Source: Eledone cirrhosa
Taxonomy: Eukaryota
Length of the DNA: 64,000 nt
Assembly (NCBI GenBank): GCA_964016885.1
Contig: OZ024740.1
Location: 405,790,001 to 405,854,000 of the forward strand
Reading direction: 5' to 3'
Positions 51,001 through 60,736 of this stretch are shown here, piece by piece. The translations under genes and the position numbers were made by a program. Numbering within the stretch: the first letter of the stretch is position 1; every line of letters starts with the position of its first letter. Under the pieces are notes generated by a model. It ran no database searches and was not told the DNA's origin. It was given only the letters and a program-made list of their open reading frames with translations.

Positions 51001-54000
51001 ATTATGTAATGAAATCAATTCATATTTCAGGAAATAGAAATTGAATCAGGCGGCTCTTTGCTCGATACAGTTCGCAGCCTTGAGTTTCTACCTGGTTTCA
51101 ATCTGGAAGGTTTCCCAAACAGAGATTCCTCGGTGTATTTAGATCGCTATGACATTGGAGATGCTCAAACTTGTGTCAGAGGAACCATAAGATATAAGGT
51201 ATATCAAAATTTATTGCTTTGAAAAAAAAAAATTAAAAAACTTTTTTTGAAATGAAAGATATCAAGGATTTTTTAAACTGACTGTTTTTGTCATTTTAAT
51301 TATGGTTCATTTTTGTCATGTTATTTTATGTCTTCTTGTCTATTCTAGCATAGGTTGGATGAAACTCTCTGAGGCAGTTTTGTCTGCGATTAAATGTCTT
51401 TCTTGATGCTAACCCATATTTTGTTTGCAGCTGTTACGTGTTAGAACTCCATCAGTCTGATGACAAATGTTCTAGTTGTCCAAACAATGGAACAGGCAGC
51501 TTGTGAGATTAATGTGCAAGTGGCAGAGCATTCCACAGACATGTGCATCCTTAACATAGTCCTCAGGGAGATTCAGAATGACAGTGTGTAACATGGCTGG
51601 CCCCTTGAAATACAGGTACAACTCATTTTTGCCAGCTACATGGACTGGAGCAATGTGAAGTAAAGTGTCCCATTGAGAATGAAGCACATGACTTTGTAAT
51701 TGTGAACTAAGCACCCTAACCACTAAACCATGCACCTTCATATTGTCATATGTGATAGGTGTACACTGCTAAATTACCGGGTGGATTGTTTACATAAGAC
51801 ATGAAGAAACATTCTATTTAGATGTTAGTTTGTATTTGATGAAAAAAATAAATACTTTTTAATTCTAGGGATTTTCAAACAGTGCCAAAGCTCTTCTACA
51901 GCTTGGATTGTTGCAGTCTGAGGAATGTTCCCATTTACATGAAAATGGACCCCCAATTACATGGGTAAGTTAATGAAGTTTATTATAGTGGTAATTTTGT
52001 TTTAACTAGTAATACTGGATGCACAGATCACAGACTAATAAAGAATTAAATCTTTAGATGCTGTCATCATCATGATCATCTATCTATTTTCCATGAGTAT
52101 ATGTGTTAGACAGGATGATATGAACTTAGTCTAGACTTCTCAGATGACCATACACCCATTTTTGGTTTGGTTTCTATGGCTGGATCATTTTATCTATGTA
52201 CTGGGATTGTTTTATCATGACTGACGCTATCATTTTACAAGATGGCCTGCCTGCATGCTTTTTTTTTTTTTTTTTTAATACCAGCACTACTGCAATTCAG
52301 TGTGGACTGGGTGCTTTTTATCATTGCACCAGCACTATCATTTTACAAGGTGGGCTGGGTACATTATTATTGTGGCACCAACACTGGAGAGGCATTGATG
52401 GGAGTGGGGGTGTCATATTACTGTGGAGGAGGAAGGAAGCGATGTGTCAAAGAGTTGACCTTCAAGAGTGGATATTCAAATGAACTGTAGTCAAGGATCA
52501 TCACCATTTAACGTCCATTTTTCCACACTAGCATGGGGTAGACGAGTTTTCTTGTTGTGAGGTAGGCTAGGTCAGCTGACCTTGTCTTGCTCGTACAGAA
52601 ATGATGTTGGCTGGTTTCCTCAGTTGGATGTTCTTCTTAATGCCAAATAAGTATATATAAGTTTTGTTAATTAGGTGATATAATTTGTGATGGAGGAAGA
52701 TCTAGTGACATGGTAGTTAAGATAAGAACTTGGGTGAAAAGGAAACAAGCAACAAAAAGTTTCTCTATATATACAAAAGACAGGCCAACTGATAGCATGC
52801 TTTTTCTTCAAACGAAGAGGGATTGACTGTGAAACTGATTACCATATAGAGTTGTATCATATCTGCAATAACTGAATAGGAATATGTTGAGTATAGTACA
52901 GTCAACATACAATGTTATTAGACATTTTTAAAGAAAACTACATTTGTAAATTCAGAAATTTGCTAAGTATTATAAGAGTGATATAAATTAGTGTTACAAA
53001 CAGTGGGAGCAGTGTGTAATTAATGAATGTTTTGTTATCTTGAAAGTATTTGGCTCAAATTTTGCTATGTGCAAAAGTCTGTTGTATACTAACATACTGT
53101 CAAGAAGGAAATGTATTCTCATCTGCTTAAAATCTTGATAACAAGGATAGGCTGTAGTGTACTGTAACAACTGAAATTAATAGTAATAAATAGGGCAGCA
53201 GATTGGCAGAATCGGTAGAGCGTCGGAGCATATAGTTACATCCCTTTATGTTCTGATTTCAAATCCTGCCATGGTTAGCTTTGCTTTTCATCCTTACAGG
53301 TTTGATAAAATAAAGTACCAGTAATGCACTGGGGTTGATTTAATTGACTTTCCCCTCCCCCAAAGTAGTTGACCTTGTGCCTAAATTAGAAACCATTAAT
53401 AGTGATAAATAGAACGTCATATCAACAATTATCCAAAGTAAAATATTTTTTGTGCTCTGAAAATTCAGCTTTTGTTATTTTATTTATTAATTAATTTTTA
53501 TTTTACCTATTTTTTTTTTTTTTTTTCAGAAAGCGTATTTGTGTGAATTGATGGGGAAATCCCCTGACATTCTTGTAGACTCTCTAAGAGATCTCATTTA
53601 TGGAAGACTTGAATGTAATGCTGAGCGTTTGGCTTTTATTGAAGAGTAAGTGTTACCATCCGTTTCAACTATAATCAAAACTACTTATTTTTCTGTACCA
53701 ATACCAAGACTTTCTACTGGTATTGCTGCTTAATAATTGACTGTAATTTCCATCAAGAAAAGATCACTAAACAGGCATTTAGTATGTAGCTTAACAAAGA
53801 CATTCTTTCATGGTATTTTTATTTAAATAAGAATACCTTAAAAGAAGAGGTTTGTTATCATAGAATTGGTTTCAGGAGAGTTGGTATCAGAAGGGTTAAG
53901 CTGCTTTCATAGGGCTAAGTTCAACCCATAGGGATTCATATTTCTAGTCATTGTATATCATGTCACTGATGAATAGATACCCTATTAGTTTCGACAACAA

Positions 54001-57000
54001 GTATTCTGTTGTTCAACTGAACTACTTATTAAATTAACATATAAGTAGCTGAGTATTCTACAACCATGAGTATCCTTATTGTAATTATCAAGTCACCCCT
54101 TCTTCCCAGCAAGAGAAGCATTTAAAATGCTTATTGACACTTCTATAATTTCTCTTGTTAAATATCATTTGTTGCAAGCTCTGTCTATTTGGTAAACAAA
54201 ACCAGATAAAATATCAATCTTGATCCTTATTGGTTTGACTATCTTGATACCAGATTGCGTGAAACCACCCCTGGTTCTATGATACAAAACTGTTTTAAAT
54301 TTTTCATCGTGATTTTATGTAAGAACTTTGGGTAACGACTGAAAGAATATGATCCCGAATACAAGGGTGTGAAATAGGGTTCCTCCAAAGGGTCTTTGAA
54401 GTAACATTACTCTGTAGGGTGTGTAGCTTGGAGATCAGGGACTCACGCCAGGTAGAGCTGATACTTCTCCAAATCAAGAGATAACAGCTCTGATACTACA
54501 GACATGTGGTTATAATGCCTAAGGAAAGAATTGCTGGACAAGTTTTGCAGGCAATGTCAACCAGCAGGGGACCCAGAGCTAGACCCCGAGGGGACCCAGA
54601 GATAGACCCCGAGCAAGATGGTTGGATAACATTCATGAGCTCAGTTAGTCACACTTGAGGATACCGCCGGAGCAGTTAGAGATAGTTGCTTTTGATAGGA
54701 CCCTCTAAAAGCCATGTATGAGCACTCTGTCCCACAACCCTCCCAGGGGGAGGAAGAAGACTACCACCACCTTTAAGTTATATTCCAAGAGAAAGTTAAT
54801 TATATTATTAAATCCCTTAAAAATTCTTAATCATTTTCAAAATTAATTGAAAATCATAGACTATGTTTGTCATTAGAAATGTGGTAACGAAAGGGTTAAC
54901 AATTACACTAAGCTTCCAAATAACAAAAAAAACTAAGCTAACTACACTTTTGAAAATGATCAGTCTAGAAGTCTGCCAACAATATACTTCTACTTTGTTG
55001 ACAGCTGCTTCTACAAGTTTGTAAACACATTATTATTTTTATTACATATTATTTTAGTATGGAGGGGTCCAAATTCCTGTGTATTTAAGCAGTTAATTCA
55101 TTATTCTGTATTTTGTATTGACATAATAAATGTATTTAAACAATAAAAACAAAAACTTCCTAGACAGTGGGAAATTCTCAGTAACCTTATCTGAAATCAC
55201 TGAGGTTGCCACTATTTGAGAAATTTACAGTTTTATTTATATTGTACAATTTAAGTTTCTTCACTGGCAGCTTTTTTCATTCTGAATGTGCTATTTCTGT
55301 CTGCTTTCCATTTCCATTCTTCCTGACTCCATATATACTAAAATGCTTTGTATGCTGAGTTGAGTAGAAGAATACAGACAGTTTTAGTCAAATTGTTTGC
55401 TTCTGTTAGAATTCAGACTATTTAAACATTTTAATACCAAACCACCCCTGGTTCTGTGATACAAAACTGTATATATTTAACCCTTTTGATACCAACCTGC
55501 CCTGGATTTATGATGCAAAACTGTTTATTTTTCAATGTTTATTCTTATATTAAAACCTTTTATCATCATTTTATTTTAGAAATTTTTGTTAAGTGATATC
55601 CTAAATATCAGCTTACTAAAACAACTAAGTTATATTATTGAATTCCTCAAAATTTTTGGTTATTTTCAAAATTATTTCAAAATCATAAGCAGTGTCTTAC
55701 AGTAGAAATATGGTAATGAAAGGGTTAATGACATAGGCAGTGTCTTTCAGTAGAAATACGGTAATGAAAGGGTTAATGACATAGGCAGTGTCTTTCATTA
55801 GAAATATGGTAATGAAAGGGTTAATGACATAGGTAGTGTCTTTCATTAGAAATATGGTAATGAAAGGGTTAAAGTGTTTGTATTTATCTAAAAACTTTCA
55901 TAATTAACAACGTTTGTTTAGTTATGTTCCAAACACCAGCTTGATAATGAGGGTTACATTACTAAATCCTTCCGAATTCTTCATTATTTTCCAAAATATT
56001 TGAAAATCATAGGCCGTCTCTTTTGTATATTTCATTATAAATAAGGTAATGAAAAGGTTAAAAATATCTGTGTTGAATACATTGATTGTGACATATTTAC
56101 TTTAAAAGTACTTTAAATAACTTGGTTTATTCTTTTGTGAACACTTAGCCTTGGTCTTCTGAGTGAAGAATTAATTGATAAACGAGGGAGCCCTTTGGAC
56201 ACAATTTCTAACTATTTGGCAAAACGACTATCTTATAGTAAGTACCATGAAATGGCATATATATATGTGTATGTTTGTGAAGTGTAGTTGTCCCAAAGTA
56301 AATTACTATAATTGTTTCTACTTTTGGCACAAGACCAGCAATTACTGGTACTTTATTTTATCGACCCCAAAGGATGAAAGTTAAAGTTAACCTTGGTGGG
56401 ATTTGAACTCAGAATGGCAAGGGCCGTAACTCTATGCGTCAAAGCATGGCGTCCAACCCTCTACCGATACTGCCAAGTAAATGACTATAATAGTAGTCAA
56501 TTACTATAAATAGTAGTTGAGAAAATCAACTAAAGTAGATGGGAAAAATTGGACAGGTATTTACATGATTTTCTCAACTATTATTTATAGTAGTCAACTA
56601 TTATTATAGTAAATGTACGACTACATTTCAAATTTTCCAAAAGTTTTTAAAGTCAACTGGATGTACACACACACACACACATATATATATTACTATAAAC
56701 ATATTTTTAATATTTTTTTCTTTTAACAATATGGTAATTTTTCAAATTACAAAAGTATATTTGCTTTTTGTTAAGCTGCCACAATACAGTTTATCTATAA
56801 AATAGTTGAATAAGTCAGATAATTAACCCAATAGATAGAGCCACCAGTGAGAATCAAACACTGCACCTGCTATATGCCAGTTGGTAGCAATATTATAATA
56901 ATATTACTGTTGGGTTATTTACCCAACTTATCCAAATATTTTATAGTTAACCTGTGTTGTGGTAGTTTTACAAAAAACATATATTTTAGAATTTTCCCAA

Positions 57001-59628
57001 TGCTTTGTAAATGATTAATTTCAAATTCTTTTTTTAAAGAAAAGGGAGAACGGGATCTGTTACTGATGCGTCATCAGATTGGATTTACATGGCCTGATAA
57101 AACTCGTATACTACGAAACATTGGACTGTGTGTATATGGTGACTCAAATGAAGTATCAGCTATGTCAAAAACTGTTGGTTTACCATGTGCTATTGCTACC
57201 AAAATGGTTCTTGAAAGTAAGCTTTTTTTACCTAAACTTTATTTAATATGAAAATATTTACTCCAATATATTTTGGTATGAATTTAGATATCAAGCAAGT
57301 GTTAAAAGAATTATCATATATACTCAAATATAAGTCGAGCCCCTATTCTATGACTGAGAAATAGACAAGAAGCTTTTAATCAACACATTATGCTTAGATG
57401 GTGCAGTTTTGAAATTCTCATGAGTGGAGAATATATTTATGAAGTTTCAATATTTTGAGATTTAAATGTCATTTAGAATATAGATTTTGTTTCACAACTC
57501 CAACGATAATGATTTTTTACCAATTTCTGCCCGTTTTGAATGCAATATCCATTCAAAACTCACCGAAAACAATGGGTAAAACAAATTTGACCACCAAAGT
57601 GAAACCAGTGTAATATTCACCTCATGTTGATTGTAGTGGAGCAATGTGAAATAAAGTATCTTACTCAAGGACACAATACACAGCTGGAAATCAAACTCAT
57701 GACCTTGCAATCATCAACAACAACACCCTAACCATTAAGCCAAATGTTGTACTGTACAATTTGTGTATGCCTGTTGTTATATTTAAGCCTGGCATTACTC
57801 ATTATTTCCACAGGAAATGCTCTGATGAATTTCACTCCCTAGTACCTAAAACCCAGACTTTCTCTGCTAGGACCCGTCTCATTAAGTCCATTGAGGCAAA
57901 TCATCCACACTTTCTTTGTATTCCTAACATCAGACACAAGTTTCATTCCTAGAACTGCATCTCCATGGAACAAGCTACCTAGAGATTGCTTTCCTTGTGT
58001 CTACAATATTGACCGTTTCAAAAAAGTACATTTCTATGTCATAATTTCATCCAAACTACCAATTCATTTGTCATTTTCATACTTATAGTCATCACTCTTC
58101 TATTTCCTCTCATTATCCTTTTCTCCATGTTCATCCTGTCATGTCATCACATAAGGCTTTTAAAGCCTTATGTGATGACCTTTAGTACAAAAAAAATGAT
58201 AATGATCAAAGCCTTATGACAATCCTTAATGCATCTACCACTACATTATATAATGTGTCCATTTTTAAGGTGTGATTTACAAGAGATTTAGCTGCCATTT
58301 CTTTATCACTAATCATCATCACCGTTTTACGTCCGTTCCACGCTAGCATGGGTTAGACGGGTTGTCCTGTTGTGGGCAGTGTCTGGTCGGTTGACTATGC
58401 CTTGCTCATACAGGAACTGATTTGGCTTGATTTCTACAGCTGGATGCCCTTCCTAACACCAACCTCATTTACAGTGAGTGCTGGGTGCTTTTTCGTGGCG
58501 CCTACACGTCCACGACCACCTTGTGGTGGGGTGTGTGGGGGCATATTGTCTATATGCTTCAGCTTGTACCCATGGGAGGTCGGGTACTCTGTATTACTGC
58601 GTGATGCCAGAGGTCACGGTCATGTGTCATTGCCTTTGAGAGGTGTAATTGGGTAAGGTCGGCTTTTATCACCTCATCCCAGGTCATCTTGGGTCTCCTC
58701 ACTCCGCGGTTTCCATCGACTTCTAGTGCTCTGCACCTTTTTATGCAGCTGTCATCCTTCATACGCATCACATGTCCATACCAGCGCAATTGGTGGTATA
58801 TATCCCAGTACAACAGCCAAGTTGTAGTGATTCATAGAACAAGTTGTATTATACACAATCATTTTTCCACAAGCTATATCGTTGCCGTCATCACCATTAA
58901 ACAACTATTTTCCTATAGTATCTACTTCAGTCCAAGTTTTATCTGCTGTTGCTATTGTCATTCTTACTTCACTAATGTCCGTCTTTTAGTGTCAATTTCT
59001 CTTCCTTAAAATTCAGATTATATATTGACCTGTCCAGTTTAAGTCCTGAGAAATAATATAAGCAGTATAGCAACCTATGTCCAACACAATATACTATTGA
59101 AAAAAATACTATGCAAATTTCATTGGATTTACTAGGGTATTCTGATTAATAAGAAATACAGTAAGCCCTCAGTTTAATGGATTAATTATAAAACAATATT
59201 GTACTACCTCTAAAGTCATGGCAAAATATTTTTCAATTTCACTGTCAGAGTAAAGTAAAAATTACATATTCTTTATTATAATGGCATAATTTTATGTTAT
59301 GTATTTTGTATTAAACCTTTTTTTATTTTTTTGCTTTAAAAACAATAAAAATGATCTCTAAGTTACTTGAGATTCAGCATCAATGGACATATCTTCCCCT
59401 TATTTATTAAATTAAGGGTTTACTGTAGTTATGTTCTTACCTTTAAAATACTGTTTCACTTTTCTCTTGTTTTTGTATTTAAGCTAATGTAACATTTCAT
59501 TATTTACAGATGAGATTCAAAGGAAAGGAATTGTTGTACCATTTACACCAGATATTTACAGCCCCATTCTCAAACGTCTCAAACAAGAGGGTATTTGTCC
59601 AACAGAAACTGAAACTATTTTGAACTAA
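8897..59628 (+). CDS. AASS: Alpha-aminoadipic semialdehyde synthase (LKR/SDH), spliced, 5'-partial; 19 exons in window
   Basis: Manual splicing of 19 AG..GT-bounded exons gives one open frame of 751 aa plus TAA. LKR motifs: [51 protein letters not shown] motifs: [73 protein letters not shown]. All splice phases are compatible. Confidence 0.97.
9111..9180. repeat. 35-bp tandem duplication
   Basis: ttcctctcactgtacttgttataagtgtatcatat x2. Confidence 0.9.
9296..9434 (+). mobile_element. tRNA-derived SINE (5' part)
   Basis: A box TGGCTTAGTGG, B box GAGTTCAATTC, core CCTTGAGCAAGACACTT. Related copies at 9801-10093, 18409-18690, 18065-18338(-), 57630-57745(-). Confidence 0.8.
9462..9640 (+). mobile_element. 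RTE LINE 3' tail fragment
   Basis: Resembles the 3' UTR of 32327-33240, ends in (GAT)n; near-identical inverted copy at 31444-31672. Confidence 0.8.
9679..10257. mobile_element. piggyBac-type MITE (family B) with nested SINE at 9801-10093
   Basis: CCCTTTTGATACC...GGTCACAAAAGGG|TTAA ends. Family copies near 13228, 20337, 46908-47279, 54240-54895, 55481-55724, 62090-62275(-). Confidence 0.75.
10640..11513 (+). mobile_element. Internally deleted mariner (Tc1/mariner) element
   Basis: TA target duplications, 103-bp TIRs, transposase remnant 10899-11447 ([22 protein letters not shown]) lacking the second and third catalytic Asp region. Confidence 0.95.
11551..11705. repeat. ~30-bp minisatellite, ~5 copies
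   Basis: attttgatatcaaatataactctactcacc units. Confidence 0.9.
12290..12630 (+). mobile_element. tRNA-derived SINE (second family)
   Basis: tRNA-like head plus a body shared with 30460-30740, 24290-24605(-) and 51430-51740(-). Confidence 0.65.
13670..13748 (+). CDS. AASS: AASS exon: [26 protein letters not shown]
   Basis: ctttag|GGT ... GGAG|gttagt, 79 nt. Confidence 0.95.
14627..14754 (+). CDS. AASS: AASS exon: [14 protein letters not shown]...[12 protein letters not shown]
   Basis: ttacag|TC ... AAA|gtaagt, 128 nt. Confidence 0.95.
14883..14960. mobile_element. Tiny Tc1/mariner-type MITE
   Basis: TA|CAGGGTGTCCCCCCAAAA..TATACACACTT with imperfect inverted counterpart AAGTGTGTATA..TTTTGGTACATCTA|TA. 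Confidence 0.6.
15834..16203. mobile_element. Two SINE copies head-to-head (15834-16014 minus, 16022-16203 plus)
   Basis: Family with GAGTTCAAATCC B box and TTTGCCTTTCATCC..GGGGTCGATAAAATAAAGTACCAG. Other copies at 8340-8500, 14170-14320, 36875-37027, 53190-53400, 56307-56476, 61257-61420. Confidence 0.88.
16677..16951 (+). CDS. AASS: AASS exon: [14 protein letters not shown]...[10 protein letters not shown]
   Basis: tttcag|ATA ... AG|gtaatt, 275 nt; within ORF 16644..16955. Confidence 0.96.
19106..19217 (+). CDS. AASS: AASS exon: [27 protein letters not shown]...IYDM
   Basis: tgttag|T ... ATG|gtttgt, 112 nt; only this acceptor keeps the frame. Confidence 0.9.
19600..19990 (+). mobile_element. 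Penelope-like retroelement RT fragment, degraded
   Basis: Translated pieces [32 protein letters not shown] and [11 protein letters not shown]. Confidence 0.75.
21911..22638 (+). mobile_element. 5'-truncated RTE LINE inserted in (TA)n
   Basis: [12 protein letters not shown]...GRPRKTW C-terminus, 3' UTR and (GAT)n tail. Confidence 0.9.
22683..22742 (+). CDS. AASS: AASS exon: [20 protein letters not shown]
   Basis: polyT cccacag|GTA ... AAT|gtaagt, 60 nt. Confidence 0.92.
25078..25245. repeat. 48-bp tandem repeat (~3.5 copies) within an RTE-type 3' UTR remnant (24941-25300, minus)
   Basis: ccactttacagtgtggactgggtgctttt...cctacacga at 25128, 25176 and 25224. Confidence 0.88.
25539..25685. repeat. 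~50-bp tandem triplication in a SINE/RTE tail
   Basis: gactgtaaaacattgtctgaaaacatcccatccaacccatgccagcatct x3. Confidence 0.85.
26050..28200 (-). mobile_element. CR1-like LINE, internally deleted (ORF1 remnant, endonuclease N-terminus, ORF2 C-terminus, (TAA)n tail)
   Basis: [11 protein letters not shown] endonuclease start; [20 protein letters not shown] and RV..AWNKL C-terminus; Cys-containing, poly-Q ORF1 remnant at 27647-28060. The 5' boundary is uncertain. Confidence 0.85.
29351..29570. mobile_element. piggyBac-type MITE (family A)
   Basis: TTAA|CCCTTTAGTA...TACTAAAGGG|TTAA. Confidence 0.88.
29986..30056 (+). CDS. AASS: AASS exon (end of LKR): [23 protein letters not shown]
   Basis: ttatag|TCT ... 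AG|gtgaga, 71 nt. Confidence 0.94.
31197..31411. mobile_element. piggyBac-type MITE (family A)
   Basis: TTAA|CCCTTTAGCATTTA...TAAATGCTAAAGGG|TTAA; partial copy at 11870-12041. Confidence 0.9.
32327..33240 (+). mobile_element. 5'-truncated young RTE LINE
   Basis: [21 protein letters not shown]; 3' UTR; (GAT)n tail; nearly identical to the 47755-48618 copy. Confidence 0.95.
33292..33380. repeat. 44-bp tandem duplication
   Basis: cacacatttgtttatgtcacgtataaataatacatcctgcagct x2. Confidence 0.88.
34430..34838 (+). mobile_element. Degraded RTE LINE 3' fragment
   Basis: [10 protein letters not shown] motif, ORF 34644-34841. Confidence 0.7.
36095..36736 (+). mobile_element. CR1-like LINE 3' fragment (same family as 26050-28200)
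   Basis: [24 protein letters not shown] and the same 3' UTR. Confidence 0.88.
41426..41553 (+). CDS. AASS: AASS exon (start of SDH): SAKKAK...[18 protein letters not shown]
   Basis: cactag|A ... G|gtaaga, 128 nt. Confidence 0.95.
41657..41786 (+). CDS. AASS: AASS exon: SQLKDDLD...LVQEHDVVI
   Basis: gtgcag|CT ... AG|gtaaga, 130 nt. Confidence 0.94.
42780..42890 (+). CDS. AASS: AASS exon: [14 protein letters not shown]...[12 protein letters not shown]
   Basis: cttcag|T ... GC|gttagt, 111 nt. Confidence 0.95.
43200..43900 (+). mobile_element. Degraded RTE LINE 3' end
   Basis: QERRLCWY..V remnant and C-rich 3' UTR similar to 5433-5840. Confidence 0.65.
44843..44951 (+). CDS. AASS: AASS exon: [25 protein letters not shown]...GGK
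   Basis: tttcag|T ... AAA|gtaaga, 109 nt. Confidence 0.96.
46320..46396 (+). CDS. AASS: AASS exon: [25 protein letters not shown]
   Basis: ttacag|ATT ... AG|gtaagt, 77 nt. Confidence 0.96.
47755..49635 (-). mobile_element. 5'-truncated RTE LINE with RT domain
   Basis: [33 protein letters not shown]; (GAT)n tail; candidate 7-bp TSD CTACCAT at 47748 and 49636; internal stops. Confidence 0.96.
49999..50062 (+). CDS. AASS: AASS exon: [21 protein letters not shown]
   Basis: tttcag|T ... AAA|gtaagt, 64 nt. Confidence 0.94.
50279..50935 (-). mobile_element. RTE-type LINE 3' fragment (second family, GAA tail)
   Basis: Reverse strand carries YGHESL and GYVVRM remnants and ends GGAATAAGTGGGCAAAGAAG. 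Related tails at 44390-44570, 47100-47230, 54330-54760 and 60935-61097. Confidence 0.75.
51031..51198 (+). CDS. AASS: AASS exon: EIEIESGG...LEGFPNRDS...RGTIRYK
   Basis: tttcag|GAA ... AAG|gtatat, 168 nt. Confidence 0.96.
51869..51964 (+). CDS. AASS: AASS exon: [15 protein letters not shown]...PPITW
   Basis: ttctag|GGA ... TGG|gtaagt, 96 nt. Confidence 0.95.
53530..53645 (+). CDS. AASS: AASS exon: [13 protein letters not shown]...LAFIE
   Basis: polyT cag|AAA ... GA|gtaagt, 116 nt. Confidence 0.93.
55684..55872. repeat. 48-bp tandem repeat x4 made of a MITE right terminus
   Basis: cataggcagtgtctttca(g/t)tagaaatatggtaatgaaagggttaatga at 55684, 55732, 55780 and 55828. Confidence 0.92.
56149..56237 (+). 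CDS. AASS: AASS exon: LGLLSEE...[15 protein letters not shown]
   Basis: acttag|C ... A|gtaagt, 89 nt. Confidence 0.94.
57040..57216 (+). CDS. AASS: AASS exon: [12 protein letters not shown]...[20 protein letters not shown]
   Basis: tttaaag|AA ... A|gtaagc, 177 nt. Confidence 0.95.
57790..58197 (+). mobile_element. CR1/L2-like LINE 3' fragment
   Basis: [27 protein letters not shown]-terminus, terminal palindrome, A tail. Confidence 0.7.
58312..58789 (-). mobile_element. 5'-truncated young RTE LINE
   Basis: [19 protein letters not shown]..., same family as 32327-33240. Confidence 0.93.
59510..59628 (+). CDS. AASS: AASS last coding exon: [28 protein letters not shown]...LN*
   Basis: ttacag|AT ... 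TAA, 119 nt. Confidence 0.95.
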
Positions 59629-60730
59629 AGTTTGTCTTTGAAGCTCAATACTTTAATTATTGTTGTTAGTAGCTAAAAAAAAAAAGGGGGAAATTAGTAA
59701 AACAGAATTTTTTTTTTTTACCTCCATGGGTATGAAAGAATGCATTTTCATTGTAATGAAGTTATATCTGAAGAAAAGTTATATTTTAAAATTTATGATC
59801 TGTAAACATTTTGATATTGGTAGGTTCCTTTCTGATTCAAAACCTACTCATTAAGATGTTCACCCTTAAAAAGGAAGAGGGTTCAGAGTATTGTTTTTAT
59901 TGGACATAACAAGCTCTTAAAATATTCCTTTGTTCTTATATACAAATATTTTCTATACATATCCACAGCGTACAGAAGATGAGCAAGTGCAGTGATTGAG
60001 CAATTTTAAAATATTTTAGTAAACCAGATGGTTAGGGCATTTGAAATGTTAATAATGATATTAAGAAGTCTGTGTGTTTTAGAATTTATAGAATTATTAA
60101 TAATTGGAAACAGTTGATGACAATCAGAGGCTAAAAAATGTGAGATAATAATTTCTATTTAGCGTGAATTATGTTTGTTTATTAAACTTTTAGCCATGAA
60201 ATCAGTGTTTGAAATTGAGTTTTCACTGGAATTTATTTGTTGAAAGGGCCAATAGTTTTGATAGTTTGATCTTATCATGGCATGAAGATATTCTATTTGT
60301 AAAAGGGAAATTTAAGTGTTAAAAAGAAAAATAAAAGATGAATTTCTTCTATGTATAACAGAGAATCTTTGAAAATCCAATCAATTTTGTGGTTTCAATT
60401 CTCAGAAAGACTCCTCTAAAGAACTTTAAGTCTTCAATGTTTAATTTTTTTTCAAATTGTTATTAACTAATTACAATTTTTACAAAATGAGACCAATTCT
60501 CACACTATTAGAAATATATGAAAATAGTGAAAGAAAACTAGCATTTTTCTCCTGAAATTATGTTCTTACTTTTTATTTCAAGATCATTATATATATATAT
60601 AAGGAATTGATCAATTTTTCAACAAGAATTGATTTTACTTATTTCTACTAATTTCTCATTTGCAACAGTTGACATCTTGCAAACACAGATTGTTACAAAA
60701 GTAACTAATTATGGCTGTAAATACAAATGG

Positions 60731-60736
60731 AATAAA
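60731..60736 (+). terminator. Candidate polyadenylation signal of AASS
   Basis: AATAAA followed by a GT/T-rich tract at ~60757-60800, at the end of ~1.1 kb of AT-rich sequence without obvious TEs after the stop. An alternative AATAAA lies at 60330. Confidence 0.5.

Noticed and set aside
55684-55872. Regular repeats resembling a CRISPR array (also 11551-11705 and 25078-25245)
   Set aside because: Head-to-tail tandem units without unique spacers, eukaryotic context, and no cas genes.
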